From: Octopus bimaculoides
Lineage: Eukaryota
Length of the DNA: 63,988 nt
Reading direction: 5' to 3'
NCBI RefSeq assembly: GCF_001194135.2
Contig: NC_068998.1
Location: 7,100,523-7,164,510, forward strand
Shown: one piece after another, positions 40,818 to 52,700 of the stretch
How positions within the stretch are numbered: position 1 is the stretch's first letter
Layout: each line of letters begins with the position of its first letter
Made by a program: the position numbers and the translations under genes
The notes under the pieces: generated by a model
Told to the model about the DNA's origin: nothing
Databases searched by the model: none
The model's input: only the letters and a program-made list of their open reading frames with translations

Positions 40818-41060
40818 GTTCTCAAAGTGGGTGCTACCACCCCCAGGTGGGCATTGAGATGGTCCAGGTGGGCGCTGGTGCCTAAGGGGGTNNNNNNNNN
40901 NTTCTTCTGTAATTTTGAATTGGCGGTTAGTGTAGATCATAGGTTCTCAAAGTGGGTGCTACCACCCCCAGGTGGGCATTGAGATGGTCCAGGTGGGCGC
41001 TGGTGCCTAAGGGGGTGGCGGAGAGCGTGGTAGAGAAAAAGGAAGCGTTGGGACGAAGGC
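40818..41060 (+). mobile_element. Possible hAT/Charlie-like non-autonomous element end (partly duplicated across a 10-N gap)
   Basis: GC-rich segment starting ggttctcaaagtgggtgctaccacccc, like hAT-Charlie termini; the other terminus was not found. Confidence 0.3.
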
Positions 41061-41199
41061 AGTGAATTAGGGGATGCTATGAATTTATCATAATATTATT
41101 ATGGTATTGTATACAAATTACATAATACCATATATTATACCACAGAAAGAAACACAAAAATAAACAAGGAGAGAGAAAAAAGAATGTGTAGTGGCGATA

Positions 41200-41330
41200 T
41201 ACACGATGGGCTTCTTTCAGTTTCCGTCTACCAAATCCACTCATAAGGCTTTGGTTGGCTTGAGGCTATAGCAGAAGATACTTGCCCAAGGTGTCATGTG
41301 GTTGGGAAGTAGGCTTCTTGTCACACAGCC
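41200..41330 (-). mobile_element. SINE family A 5' part with internal deletion
   Basis: gggcttctttcagtttccgtctaccaaatccactc...cttgcccaaggtgtcatgtggttggg...cacacagcc. Confidence 0.85.
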
Positions 41331-41924
41331 TCTTTAGTTTTTTCAGCTGAAATGTTTGGAAAGTTCAGCCAAACAGTAAGAAAATATCCATTGCCAAAAT
41401 TTAATAGAAATTGACAGAATCATTTGCATAATGCTTTATTATTCTGTTAATGTCTCACCATTTTCTTAGATCACATGTACTCTACAGAAATACAGATGAT
41501 ATGCTTATATTAACACAGTAGGAGGCAGCAAGTAATTATTGTCTATGTGTAGTATACCTTTTGCTGTTAATTTTCTAAATGTTATTCTTTTAAAGTGGTG
41601 TTTTGATTTTTTATCGCAACAATTGTTCTTTATTGATTGATTTTGCTATTATATCCGGTTTCTGTAGAGTGACACATCTTTTCAATTGTTTTCTATGACT
41701 AAATTGTATTGATTCGAATCAAACAACAATGTAATGTATTGAGTCCTTGGAAAGAATGTGCCAAGCAGTTAATGACAGTATGCGTATATGTAAATAAGGC
41801 ATTATGAAAAGAGGGTTTGGTTTCCCCAGTTTAAGATATAGGGGCAGAAGGTAATTAACACACATTTTGTTAGCTTATAGTAATGAATTAAAATAAAAGT
41901 GCCAAGAAAAATTGAGGTGAAAAC

Positions 41925-42186
41925 CGCTCTGTACTGGTGGCATGTAAAAAACACCACCTGAACATGGTTGATGCCAGTGGCCCCTGACTGGTTCCTGTGC
42001 CAGTGACATGTAAAAAGCACCATCTGAATGTGGTCGATGCCAGTGACCCCTGACTGGCTCCTGTACGTGTGGCATGTAAAAAGCACCCGGTGGCCCGGGT
42101 TCGATTCCCAGCATGGGAATGCCTACTTGTCCAACCCATGCCAGCATAGAAAATTGACGTTAAATGATGATGATGATGATGATAAT
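41925..42186 (+). mobile_element. SINE family E with about 66-bp internal tandem units and a captured tRNA fragment
   Basis: Three gtg(g/a)catgtaaaaa(g/a)cacc units; 3' ccaacccatgccagcat...gacgttaaa(TGA)n. Confidence 0.85.
42084..42119 (+). pseudogene. 3' half of a tRNA-Glu(TTC)-like sequence
   Basis: CACCC-GGTGGCCCGGGTTCGATTCCCAGCATGGGAA closely resembles the recalled metazoan tRNA-Glu(UUC) 3' half (CACCCAGGCGGCCCGGGTTCGAYTCCCGGTRTGGGAA). Confidence 0.7.
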
Positions 42187-43440
42187 GTGAAGAAATAAGC
42201 ATTACATTTGATAGAGTAATCAGAATGCTAAGGGGTTAAGTAACTTGAACTCAAGCCCTGTAAGCTAGTTAAATAGAGGGATGAAATCCCCAAACAAGAT
42301 ATGGTACAATATCTATTTGATGATTTCAAAAAGATGTTGATGGCGACGATGAAGATGATGATGAGGAGGAAAGAGGTTGAGAGCCTAATGATGCGTGAAA
42401 ACCAATCACTTAACAATTGATACTTTCGTATTTACATAACAACTGAGAAAAAAAAACAACAATAAAACTAAAATAGAAAAAAATATTAAATATGTAACAG
42501 ATAAAATATGGAGATCATCACTACTGGTTTCTTTCTTTTTTTTTTTTGCTTTTGTCTTTAGAATAACTTTTAGAGCAAAGCACGCTGTTTAAAACTTAAA
42601 CTGTTTTTCTTAGAAAAAGAAAAATATGAAAAAATATCCTGAAAAAATGATAAATGCAAAACTAAAACAAACCATTACTATCTTTGACTGAAATAAGCTC
42701 AGACAAACCACTAAACAAATCACATACAATTGTTACTTCTAAAGAATTGTAACGTTTATTACTTCTTTTCAATTTTTTTTTCATGTTTTAGTTTATATTC
42801 TATTATATATTGGCTATGATGATGGTGACGACGGTAATGATGATGATAATAAGGATAATAATGATGATGATGATGATGATGATAACGATTTGATGCACGA
42901 AGAATAAAATACAATTTATAGCAAAAATTCGGTTCAGTAAAATCTTTTGTTCAGCATGATTGCGATTGTAGTTGTGGGTCAATATATATGTATATAGACA
43001 CACAGACTTCTGTATGTATGTATGTATGTATGTATGTATGTATGTATGTATGTATGTATATGTGTGTGTGTGTGTTCCATAGAAGGGCATGAGTACATAT
43101 GTATATGTGTGTATACATCTATATAAATGTATATATATGCACATATGTACATGTGTGTGTAAATGTGCCTGAGTGTATGTGTATGTGTGTGTGTGTGTTG
43201 TTGCACATTCACATGCATACAAACTCACATATGCACTTGTGTGTATATGTATCGGTGTGCATGCGTGCACAGTAAAAGAATATAGAATTTATTGTCGAAA
43301 TTTACTACTGGCTGATAAAATAAGAAATGTAAATATACAGTTAACTTGTGTGACTAAGATATTTAAAATGAAATATATTGTACTGCAACCATGTCGTTAA
43401 TACACACACATCTACAACCAATATGTATGCGTGTGTGTGC

Positions 43441-43474
<34 letters not shown>

Positions 43475-43761
43475 NNNNNNNNNNNNNNNNNNNNNNNNNN
43501 NNNNNNNNNNNNNNNNNNNNNNNNNNNNNNNNNNNNNNNNNNNNNNNNNNNNNNNNNNNNNNNNNNNNNNNNNNNNNNNNNNNNNNNNNNNNNNNNNNNN
43601 NNNNNNNNNNNNNNNNNNNNNNNNNNNNNNNNNNNNNNNNNNNNNNNNNNNNNNNNNNNNNNNNNNNNNNNNNNNNNNNNNNNNNNNNNNNNNNNNNNNN
43701 NNNNNNNNNNNNNNNNNNNNNNNNNNNNNNNNNNNNNNNNNNNNNNNNNNNNNNNNNATAT

Positions 43762-43792
<31 letters not shown>

Positions 43793-44683
43793 TGGATAGA
43801 TATATTATATATATATATATATATTATATGTATAGATGGATGGACAGATGTACATATGAAATATAGCATTTTTTTAAAAGATAACCATGTAAGTTGAATT
43901 TTTACACTAAAAAGTAAATATGCTTAAGAATTATGAGTTTGAAATGTCTGTAGTTTAAGGCATTATACTTAAGCTTAATTTATCGAGATATCTACGATAA
44001 GTAGAAGAATTGTCTGGGGAGAAAAATTCAATGTATAAATTAGGTCTTATCCATTATGTGCAGCAGTAAAGCAAAAAAAAAAAAAGAAAAAAAATTGTAA
44101 TGCCGAAATGCTAGTTTATTGACACGATGAGAATAAAAAAGAAGAAAAAGAAATTCCTTCTTCCTTTGTTTAGTTTTATACCCACTTTATCATGTTTAGT
44201 AAGCAGACAAGATTACGATGTCTAAAATATTTATAGTTACTGCTTTTGAAGAACACACACAAAGATCATGAGTTAATGTTCTTTAAAGCTATTGAAAACG
44301 TTAACACGGAGAGGTTACTGTGGTAACAAAATGAATTTGTGTCCCTCTATGGCAATCAGATTTATTATCATAACAACGGAGATGTTGTTATTGCTATTTA
44401 GTTTCAAACCAGTCCTGATTAAATAGATGGAAGATGTGACCAAAAGTGAGGTTTCACAACTGAGTATTTAGATATATTTTCTTCAGGCATTCTGCAATTT
44501 GGTCTACTTTGTTTATCCTCATCGTCATCATCCAGTGTTTGTAATCCAGGTTTTTTCCCCGTTAACGGGGGTGGCCGGATCTACCTCATTACCATAGCAA
44601 CCACCCTCGCTATCTTGCCTGGTTTTGGGCATCCTCCCTTCTCAAGCCAACCCTCCCAATTATTATCATTATCATTATTATTA

Positions 44684-44769
<86 letters not shown>

Positions 44770-44778
44770 GCAGTGTAT

Positions 44779-45002
44779 AAGGTGTTTATAAGCCATTTAA
44801 AAACTCAAAAAATCGTTAGATTCACTTCAACATTTAGATTTTGAGACTATGACCCTGACAAAATTATGTGATGCAGAACGGAATTTTGTCAGTGAGTAGG
44901 TCACAGTCTCAAAGCGATGAAAATATTTCGACAAATTAAATTTAAATATCGAAATGAATCTAATAGATTTTGTGTGTTTTTTAAATGGCTTATAAACACC
45001 TT
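44779..45002. mobile_element. Fold-back (palindromic) element of about 225 bp
   Basis: aaggtgtttataagccatttaaaaa / tttttaaatggcttataaacacctt, ttagattca / tgaatctaa, ttgagactatgacc / ggtcacagtctcaa, ctgacaaaatt / aattttgtcag; left arm carries deletions. Confidence 0.9.
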
Positions 45003-45974
45003 CCATGCTGCAATTGTTTTTGTTTCTGCACACGATCTCAGACCAGGTCACTTGCTATGCAAGTACATCTCCGTAATTATTATTGTTTTGTTTAAAATAG
45101 TAAGAATATGATTTTTATTGTTTGACAATTTTTTTTGTCAGTGGGTTTTGGCCCTGCTGGTGCTTCGTCACTAATTTCTATAAATTAACAAATAAAAAAA
45201 ATTTACAAATTCACATTTAAGAAATATATCTTTGCCGTCTGATTACTAATTAGTTCTATTTTAAGGTTTGATTTTGAGGTTATAATTGAAATAAGTTCTT
45301 TCTTTCTTGATACATATCATTTGTTAAGACAGCATCTTAGCCACCGCATCATATATCACAATATCATACATTGCTTTATCTATGTAAGTTAGACTGACTA
45401 AACATTTGGGGATCGTTTATACTGTACAACTGAATGCTTGCACATGATCATAGTCTTATGATTATTAGCAATCATCAAGAACCAGCATTCTGTGTAGTAA
45501 GTGAATTAACTTCACTAAAACTTATTCTAGTCTTCATGTCTTATAAGTTTTATCTCTCTGTCTCCCTCTTTCTCTCCTTCTCTCTCTCCCCTTCTCTCTT
45601 TCTCTCACTCATTAGATAACAATGTCATGCTATCATGGAATGTTTTGACTGGAAGGACTGAGAATTCATGCTCTAAGATAATGAAACGTTCATTAGTTAT
45701 GCACTATCCTAGCTCTTTTATGGTAAACAGTGACAGCTATACCTCTAAATGGCGTCTGTTTACACTTAAACGAACAGAGCTATTGAGACACACATGAAAC
45801 ATCCTCCACTGCGTAGCCAGCCAGTATACTGACATCTTAACAACATGGTTAGATTGTGAATCTTAAAGAAGCCACTGAATCCAAAATAATGTTATCAATC
45901 TAAGGTTGTAACTTAAATTGAAGTTTCTGAGAAATATTTAACACTTGTCTCCAGTGATATAAGCTGAAGTAATC

Positions 45975-46700
45975 CCCAGTTATTGGAAGAAGAGTTGCTT
46001 CAGTTACTGGTAGAAATAACTACAGACTCAGTTATTGGTCGAAGTAAGTTTTCTGATATTGGTAGATGTGAGAGTTCTGTTACTGGTAGAAAGAAAAATT
46101 CAGTTACTGGTAGAAGTAATCTTTCAGTTAGTGATAAAGGTTCTGTTTCTGTTACTGATAGAAGTACTATTACAGTTACCGGTATAAATAATAGTTTAGT
46201 TACGTGTAAAACTCATGTTCCAGTTGTTGGTAGAAATAATGGTGCAGTTAGTATTAGAAGCCATGTTTTAGCTATCGATACAAGAAATGGTTCCACCACT
46301 AGTAGGAGTAACTGCTTCATTATTGGTAGAAGCAATTTTGTAGTTACTGGTTGAAGACGTATTTCACTTACTGACACAAATAATAGTTCAAGTAGTGGTA
46401 GAAATACTACATCGATTACTAATAGGAGTACTATTTTAGTTACTGGTAGATGTACTATTTTAATTATTAGTAATAGTTCAGTTACTTGCAGAAGCATTAT
46501 TTCAGCTATTGATACGTGTAATGCATCTATTAATGGTAGAAGTAGTTTCGGTTACTGGCAGAAGCAATGCTTTTGAATTACTTGTAGAAGTGACAGTTTC
46601 ACATACAGGAGCAAGTAACTGTTCAAGAGATTGGTAGAAATGCTGCTTCATTTACTAGAACTAATGGTTCAGTTAATGTCAGAAGTCCAGCATTTTAAAA
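45975..46700. repeat. Highly diverged 24-bp minisatellite (about 30 units, consensus near TCAGTTACTGGTAGAAGTAATNNT)
   Basis: Units stay in 24-bp register over most of the array; + frame reads an SVTGRSNx octapeptide. Confidence 0.9.
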
Positions 46701-47962
46701 ACCAATTTTTCCATAATGTTACTATTACACACATCTATATTGCTCAATATTTCAATTCAATATCTCGACTTAGCTCTGTTTGGCAGAAGAGATGATGGTT
46801 GAGGTAGGAAGACTGGAAAGAATGTGTTTGTGGTAAATTTTTTTGGAGGTGGGCAGGGAGGGAATGGGGCTTCCTGTATTATTTTAGTTTTTAAAATTTT
46901 TTAGACATGACAGTTTCGTGTTTCATATTCACAGATAATCAGAGAAAAGTTGATCTATAGTTTTGTTTGATCGTAAATGTTTTATTTCTCCTCTTTTACT
47001 TTCTCTTCATTTTCACTTAGAGATTGCAGCATGCAATATAAGAAATATTCTCAAAGTAAATAGTAGAAAGCCATGAGACACGAAAACTGTTCATGAAATG
47101 AACACTAAAAAGAACAAAACAAAACATAAACAAAAATATAAATGCTTTTGTCAGTTTTTAAGTTTTTCTTCATTTCTTCCTTAAAAGCAAATAATAGGAT
47201 GAATAATAAAGAGGAATAACTGCAAAAAGTAATACAAGAAAAATAATACAAACACCAACAACTTCATGATCACTTTGAAGAATAGTAAACAGATAAGAGA
47301 TTATGTTCTTATGATTTAAGAGCCAACCAAGATGATTATCAATTCCTTTTTTTTATGGAGATATCTTTACAGACTGATGTACTATTTGATTAAAGTAAGG
47401 GTTTACATTCTTTGTTTATTTCAAACTTGAAGAAAACAAAATGAAAAATATATATATATAATTGGAAACAAAAGTGATAAAAATGAAGTAAAAAGCATCA
47501 TGCAGATGGTTGAACATAGAATAGAGCAGGTTTGTGCAATATATGGTCTGAAAGACATACAAGATCCTCTGAGGCTTCTGGTGCAAGCTGTGAGCAACTC
47601 AGGAGAGAAAGATATGTATTGATAGAAAAGTTAAGGGATAAACAGTAGAAATAACTGGGGGAAAATGAGTATATTCTATATTTTCAGAATATATTAGTTA
47701 AATTAATGTTAACATTTAATGCAGGAAATATTAAGAAGTTAAGATTAGATTATAGAATAAGAGAAATACCCAATATTTGTTAATAGAGAATATTGTTTTT
47801 GTTATTCTGTTAGTTATATGAGAAAACTACTCACATATTCCAGTCTTATCATGACTTCACCAGACAAGCATAGATTTCATTCTCCAAATAAATCTATTTT
47901 CCTATGGCAATGAATATAGAGTATAATTTAATTTGTCAACTCACCAGTTCGGTCTAATATCA

Positions 47963-48184
47963 CTACAGGATGGATAACCTCCATGATATGTTGTTGTTGG
48001 TTTGTTCTTTTGAACAGAAAGCTATTAGATGGGTGTTGCTGCCACATATGTAACAGATAGTTCTTCTACCTTGGATGCTGAGCTTTAATATTTTCTCAGC
48101 AGACTCTACAAGCTGCAGATTTGTTATTTCATTTTGGTCTTTTGAGGTCGTGAGAGCTTCTATGTTCATGTTGATCCTAACCAA
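47963..48184 (-). mobile_element. CCHC zinc-knuckle ORF fragment, probably retrotransposon ORF1/gag remnant
   Basis: IQGRRTICYICGSNTHLIAFC fits CX2CX4HX4C. Confidence 0.55.
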
Positions 48185-48319
48185 TCACATATTGCCAAGT
48201 GTTTGGCAAGATGTGATAGCCAAATATTGCCAAATATCACATATTGCCAAATGTTTGGCACTGCTTTTATACTCCCATGTAAGTGACAACTAGTCAGAGG
48301 TCAATATCATTACCAATGT

Positions 48320-48525
48320 AAGGTAGTGAGCTGGCAGTATCGTTAGCACGCCGAGCGAAATGCTTAGCGGTATTTCGTCTGCCGTTACGTTCTGAGTTCA
48401 AATTCCGCCGAGGTCGACTTTGCATTTCATCCTTTCGGGGTCGATAAATTAAGTACCAGTTACACACTGGGGTTGATGTAATCGACTTAATCCCTTTGTT
48501 TATCCTTGTTTGTCCCCTCTATGTT
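48320..48525 (+). mobile_element. SINE family B (low divergence in 5' part), followed by a family C 3' fragment (about 48548-48633)
   Basis: gagctggcagtatcgttagcacgccgagcgaaatgcttagcgg...gaggtcgactttgcatttcatcctttcggggtcgataaattaagtaccag. Confidence 0.92.
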
Positions 48526-48871
48526 TAGTCCCCCTGACAACTCCCTTAAGGGTATGTGTGTCTGTGGAGTACTCATGCCGTTCTGTTGATCGAATCAACT
48601 GGAATCTTCGTCATTTTAACTGAAGGTGTGCCATTTACTTGAGAGGAAAAAGAACCCCAGAAAGCAACCTAGATGGATATGAACTCAGGGCTGTAAAACG
48701 AAAAGTAATCATTATCTTAAGTCATCCAGTCTGTCTGTATGTCCTTCTTTATCCCCATCATCGCTACCATCATATCTACTTCCCACAACTCGTCTAATCA
48801 TCAATATTAATGCAATTCTTGACAATAAAGTGTCTTGTAGACAAGGAAAGTATGTGTGCATGTGTGTATGT

Positions 48872-48911
<40 letters not shown>

Positions 48912-49059
48912 TGTGAGTACATATATAAAAGAAGGTGGAAAGTGATATTGAGAAAAGGCGATATTTACTTTCAGGGACCAATAATCAGAACTGTGTTTGA
49001 AGTTGTATCAGAATTTAATCAATTTCCTTGCATATTTATTCAAAGAAAATTGTATTTCC

Positions 49060-49097
<38 letters not shown>

Positions 49098-49664
49098 TAA
49101 TAATAATAATAAGTCACCGCATATTTATATGAGAGATTGAATATATCATACTTATATATCACTTGTTTAACTGTGTTGTTGTTTTTTACTAGGCAATAGT
49201 TTGTTGTTGTTGTAGTAGTAGTTGTTGTTGTTGTCTTTAAGTACAGAGAGATGACAACTTAATGGTAGAATCTTTGGCATGATTTTTATGCAGTTTTTAT
49301 CGTTGTTGGTGTAGCTGCTTAGCTCCAGATCATCCCTGATGGAGTAGACCTATGATCAAAGATAATCCAGCAGTAAGCATTCCGACATTATTTTATCTTC
49401 AATCATAATACTTCTTTTAAGATGGTAGTGTGTAGTATGCAGAGATGGGAATATTGGACTGCTATTTCTAGCAAATCCAGTGAACACGTACTGGCTTTGT
49501 CATTAGATCAGGCAGGTTTACTCAGGGTATCTGAGTTCTAAAAGCTGTCTGTTATGTCATGTCAGGTGCAAGAGAACAGACAAAGAGAAAGAGAAAGACA
49601 TTGTTTTTGGTAGATATGAAACAAAGAGCAATATGATTAGACAATTTACGAGTACTGTACTAGA

Positions 49665-50012
49665 TATATTCTTTTCTACTCTCGGCCCGAAATTTTTGGG
49701 GAGGGGGCCAGTCGATTAGATGGAATTTGAACTCAGAACAAAAAGACAGACGAAATACCAGTAAGCATTTTGCCCGGTTCACTGCCTTAAAATATATTCT
49801 TTTCTACTCTAGGCACAAGGCCTGAAATATTTTGAGGAGGGGGCTGGTTGATTAAAGTGATCCCATTATGCAACTGGTACTTAACTTTTTGACCTCGAAA
49901 GGTTGAAAGACAAGGTCGACCTCGGCTGAATTTGAACTCAGAACATAACGGCAGACGAAATACCACTAAGCATTTCGCCCACCATGCTAACGCTTGAGCC
50001 AGCTCGCCACCC
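49665..50012 (-). mobile_element. Tandem pair of SINE family B (49665-49788 internally deleted; 49790-50012 full)
   Basis: Reverse complements of the 27.5 kb copies. Confidence 0.88.
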
Positions 50013-50999
50013 TACCATACGAGATAATTTAACAAAGCAATGATAACGTTAAAATATACAGCTTCATTGTTATTTAGATAATTGGTTCAATTTCTACATA
50101 AATACATATTCTGAATTAGAAGAATATATATGTCAGTTGGCAAAAATCATTAGACTATCAGATACCATTGCACTCATTGTTCTAGTAAAGTGCATTGTGA
50201 ATTCAAATGCCACAGAAGTCAACTTCACGTATTTGTCTTTTGGGGGTTGATAACTAAATGTCCAAATTCTGGGTTTCGTTTCTCTCTCTCTCTCTCTACC
50301 CATCCTTTTCTCTCTCCTCCCCTTCTCCCGCCTCTCTCAGAATCATTTTTGATTTGCTCTGAGGTAGTCATGGAGGACATCTGTATTCTTTTTACTCCAA
50401 TAAACAGAATTTTGCAATTTTTTTCCGCATGAAGTATGTTACAAAAGCTGTGCAAAGAAGCCATAAAATTCTGGAGAGTGTGTTGTTAATGGCTCAATGT
50501 TAATAAAATTAATTGTAAAGATACTATAATATATTAAAAGAATTAATCCAGTGTTAAGTGAAAAGTAATTATTATGAAAACTAGATCAGCAAAATTTATG
50601 ATTTTCATGACGAAGGCAAGAAAGTCTCAAGAGACGAGAAACGAGAATGTGCAATGTTTGGCTTTTATCAACCAGTATTAGAGCAAATGTCAATAGTACA
50701 ATGTGATTAGGACAGTTAAAGTTAGCAGTACAATAAAGGAAGTTATTGTATTGGAGATTCGAAAGTCATGGATGTTACAGACTGAATTCACAAAGAATTT
50801 ATTAATGTACAATGTCTAAAAGAGCAAATGAAGACAAGAGCCTGGGGATACTGTTTGTTCAGTAATATCCTAATGGTTTAAACAGTTTAACAATACAAGT
50901 AGAGTCTGCTGAGTAGACTAACATAGAACTTATAAAACCAATGAAGAAACTTTAACGTGGTTGCTTGATGTGCTAGACATAGAAGCCATATCTTTGGTC

Positions 51000-51125
51000 A
51001 GCCTGAGTCTAAGATAGAAGACACCTGCTCAGGGTGTCATTCTGATAGAATGACACTTGCTCAAGGTGTCATTCTGAACCCAGAACCATGTGGTTTGGAA
51101 GCAAACTTCTTACCACACAGCCATG
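51000..51125 (-). mobile_element. SINE family A head with an internal duplication of about 32 bp
   Basis: gacac(c/t)tgctca(g/a)ggtgtcattctga twice, then acccagaaccatgtggtttgg...accacacagcc. Confidence 0.75.
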
Positions 51126-51879
51126 AATAAATATTTTATAATACTTTCTATAAATCTGTCAGGATTGGAATTCAGAATGTAAATCAACAAAACAAAATAA
51201 TAATTACGTCTGGTGTTTTACTGCTTTTGCAGTTCTCCATCTTCAACCTCCTCCTTATGCCAATGAGAATTGTAATGCTTTTTAAATGGTTAACTGATTC
51301 AGTGTACTGCGATAGTTTAAGATTACCAAAACTATTTTCCTTAAAAGAAAAAAATTATCTGCACAAACAAAATCAACCCAAAACTCAAACCAAAAACGTA
51401 GCAAAATATTTCTGTTTGTGAAGCTACATTGAAAGATGTGTGAGATATTAATAGAATAATGGCTTTACATAAATGTCTCAAAGGAGGCAAAACATAAAGA
51501 GTTATGCACATAGACACACACATATATAAATATATACGCACACATACATACATACATATATAAATATATATATATAGAGAGAGAGACACACACNNNNNNN
51601 NNNNNNNNNNNNNNNNNNNNNNNNNNNNNNNNNNNNNNNNNNNNNNNNNNNNNNNNNNNNNNNNNNNNNNNNNNNNNNNNNNNNNNNNNNNNNACATACA
51701 CACATACATACATACATACATACGTACATACATACATACATACTTGTGCGTTTGCGCGCGCGCGCATACAAATGTATATTTATTCATCCAGCCATGCATA
51801 CATACAAACACAGACACATAAAATCATAACAAAGAAGGAAGACAAGTCCTTTCTTTTCTGTTCGCTATAAGAAGTTTTC

Positions 51880-52700
51880 ACACTATTGATCTTCGAAATC
51901 AGTAAAAATCATTTCTTTGGTATTGCAACGGAAAATATTATTTAAGAGTATTATTGCAACATTGCGAGATGTCGTTAACTGTTCTAGTTGATGCCGGTTC
52001 CAGTTTACACCGTGTTTTAGGGTTTGTTTTTCTAGTTTATACAAGATACAAGCAAATTCTTTCCCGGTTCCGTTTGGTTCTTCGTTGGTTTGATTTTGAA
52101 TTTCATTTGCCTTTTTTTTTATGGTGTTGATATATTCTAATTAAATGCGTCTCTTCCCAATCTGTAATTGGATCTGTGTATCTCATGTTGCTCTTTTGGA
52201 TGCGTTTTTTTTAATGTGTCTATAATTATTTTGTATTTCTGCTGGTGATTTTGGTGTTGCTTAATTCTGTAAACTTTGTTGATTCTGTTTCTTGGCTAAA
52301 GCATTTCCGTTCTGTATTCTTGTCCTTCAATTTTTTTTCCCGAAACTGTGTGTGTTTTCTTTCTTTCTATTTATATGAGAATATACCGTGATAATATGTG
52401 ATATGTGGTCTAAGAGAAGTTAGATGATTATTTGTCAAGTGATTGTGGTAGTCAGGTGTGTAGAGTAAAACGTGATGTCAGTAGAAAGGTGAGTGTAGTT
52501 GGCTTCGTGAAGTAGGTGTATGTGCCGGTGAGAAATGTTTAGGATGTGAAGGGATGCTGCTTATGTTGATATGATGTAACTTCTCTTGTAATCTATAGAA
52601 TTCTAGCTTGTCTGTAAAAACTATATTTCTTTGGAAACTTCACTAATGAGGCCACTGCTTTGGAATTAATGATTGGACACAACTCAACTCATGTCAGGTG
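51880..52700 (-). mobile_element. Decayed L1/Tx1-like LINE ORF2 remnant (endonuclease end and linker)
   Basis: Purine/pyrimidine-skewed tract; minus frames give HPKHFSPAHTPTSR, PDYHN and GKEFACILYKLEKQ, weakly like L1/Tx1 EN motifs and GExPTxYFYxLEK. Confidence 0.4.

Noticed and set aside
40777-41016. Exact 115-bp direct repeat either side of a 10-N gap
   Set aside because: Identical sequence flanking a nominal gap is a typical unmerged contig overlap
41930-42090. Regularly spaced repeats resembling a CRISPR array
   Set aside because: Spacers are homologous to each other, the context is eukaryotic and there are no cas genes; these are internal SINE tandem units
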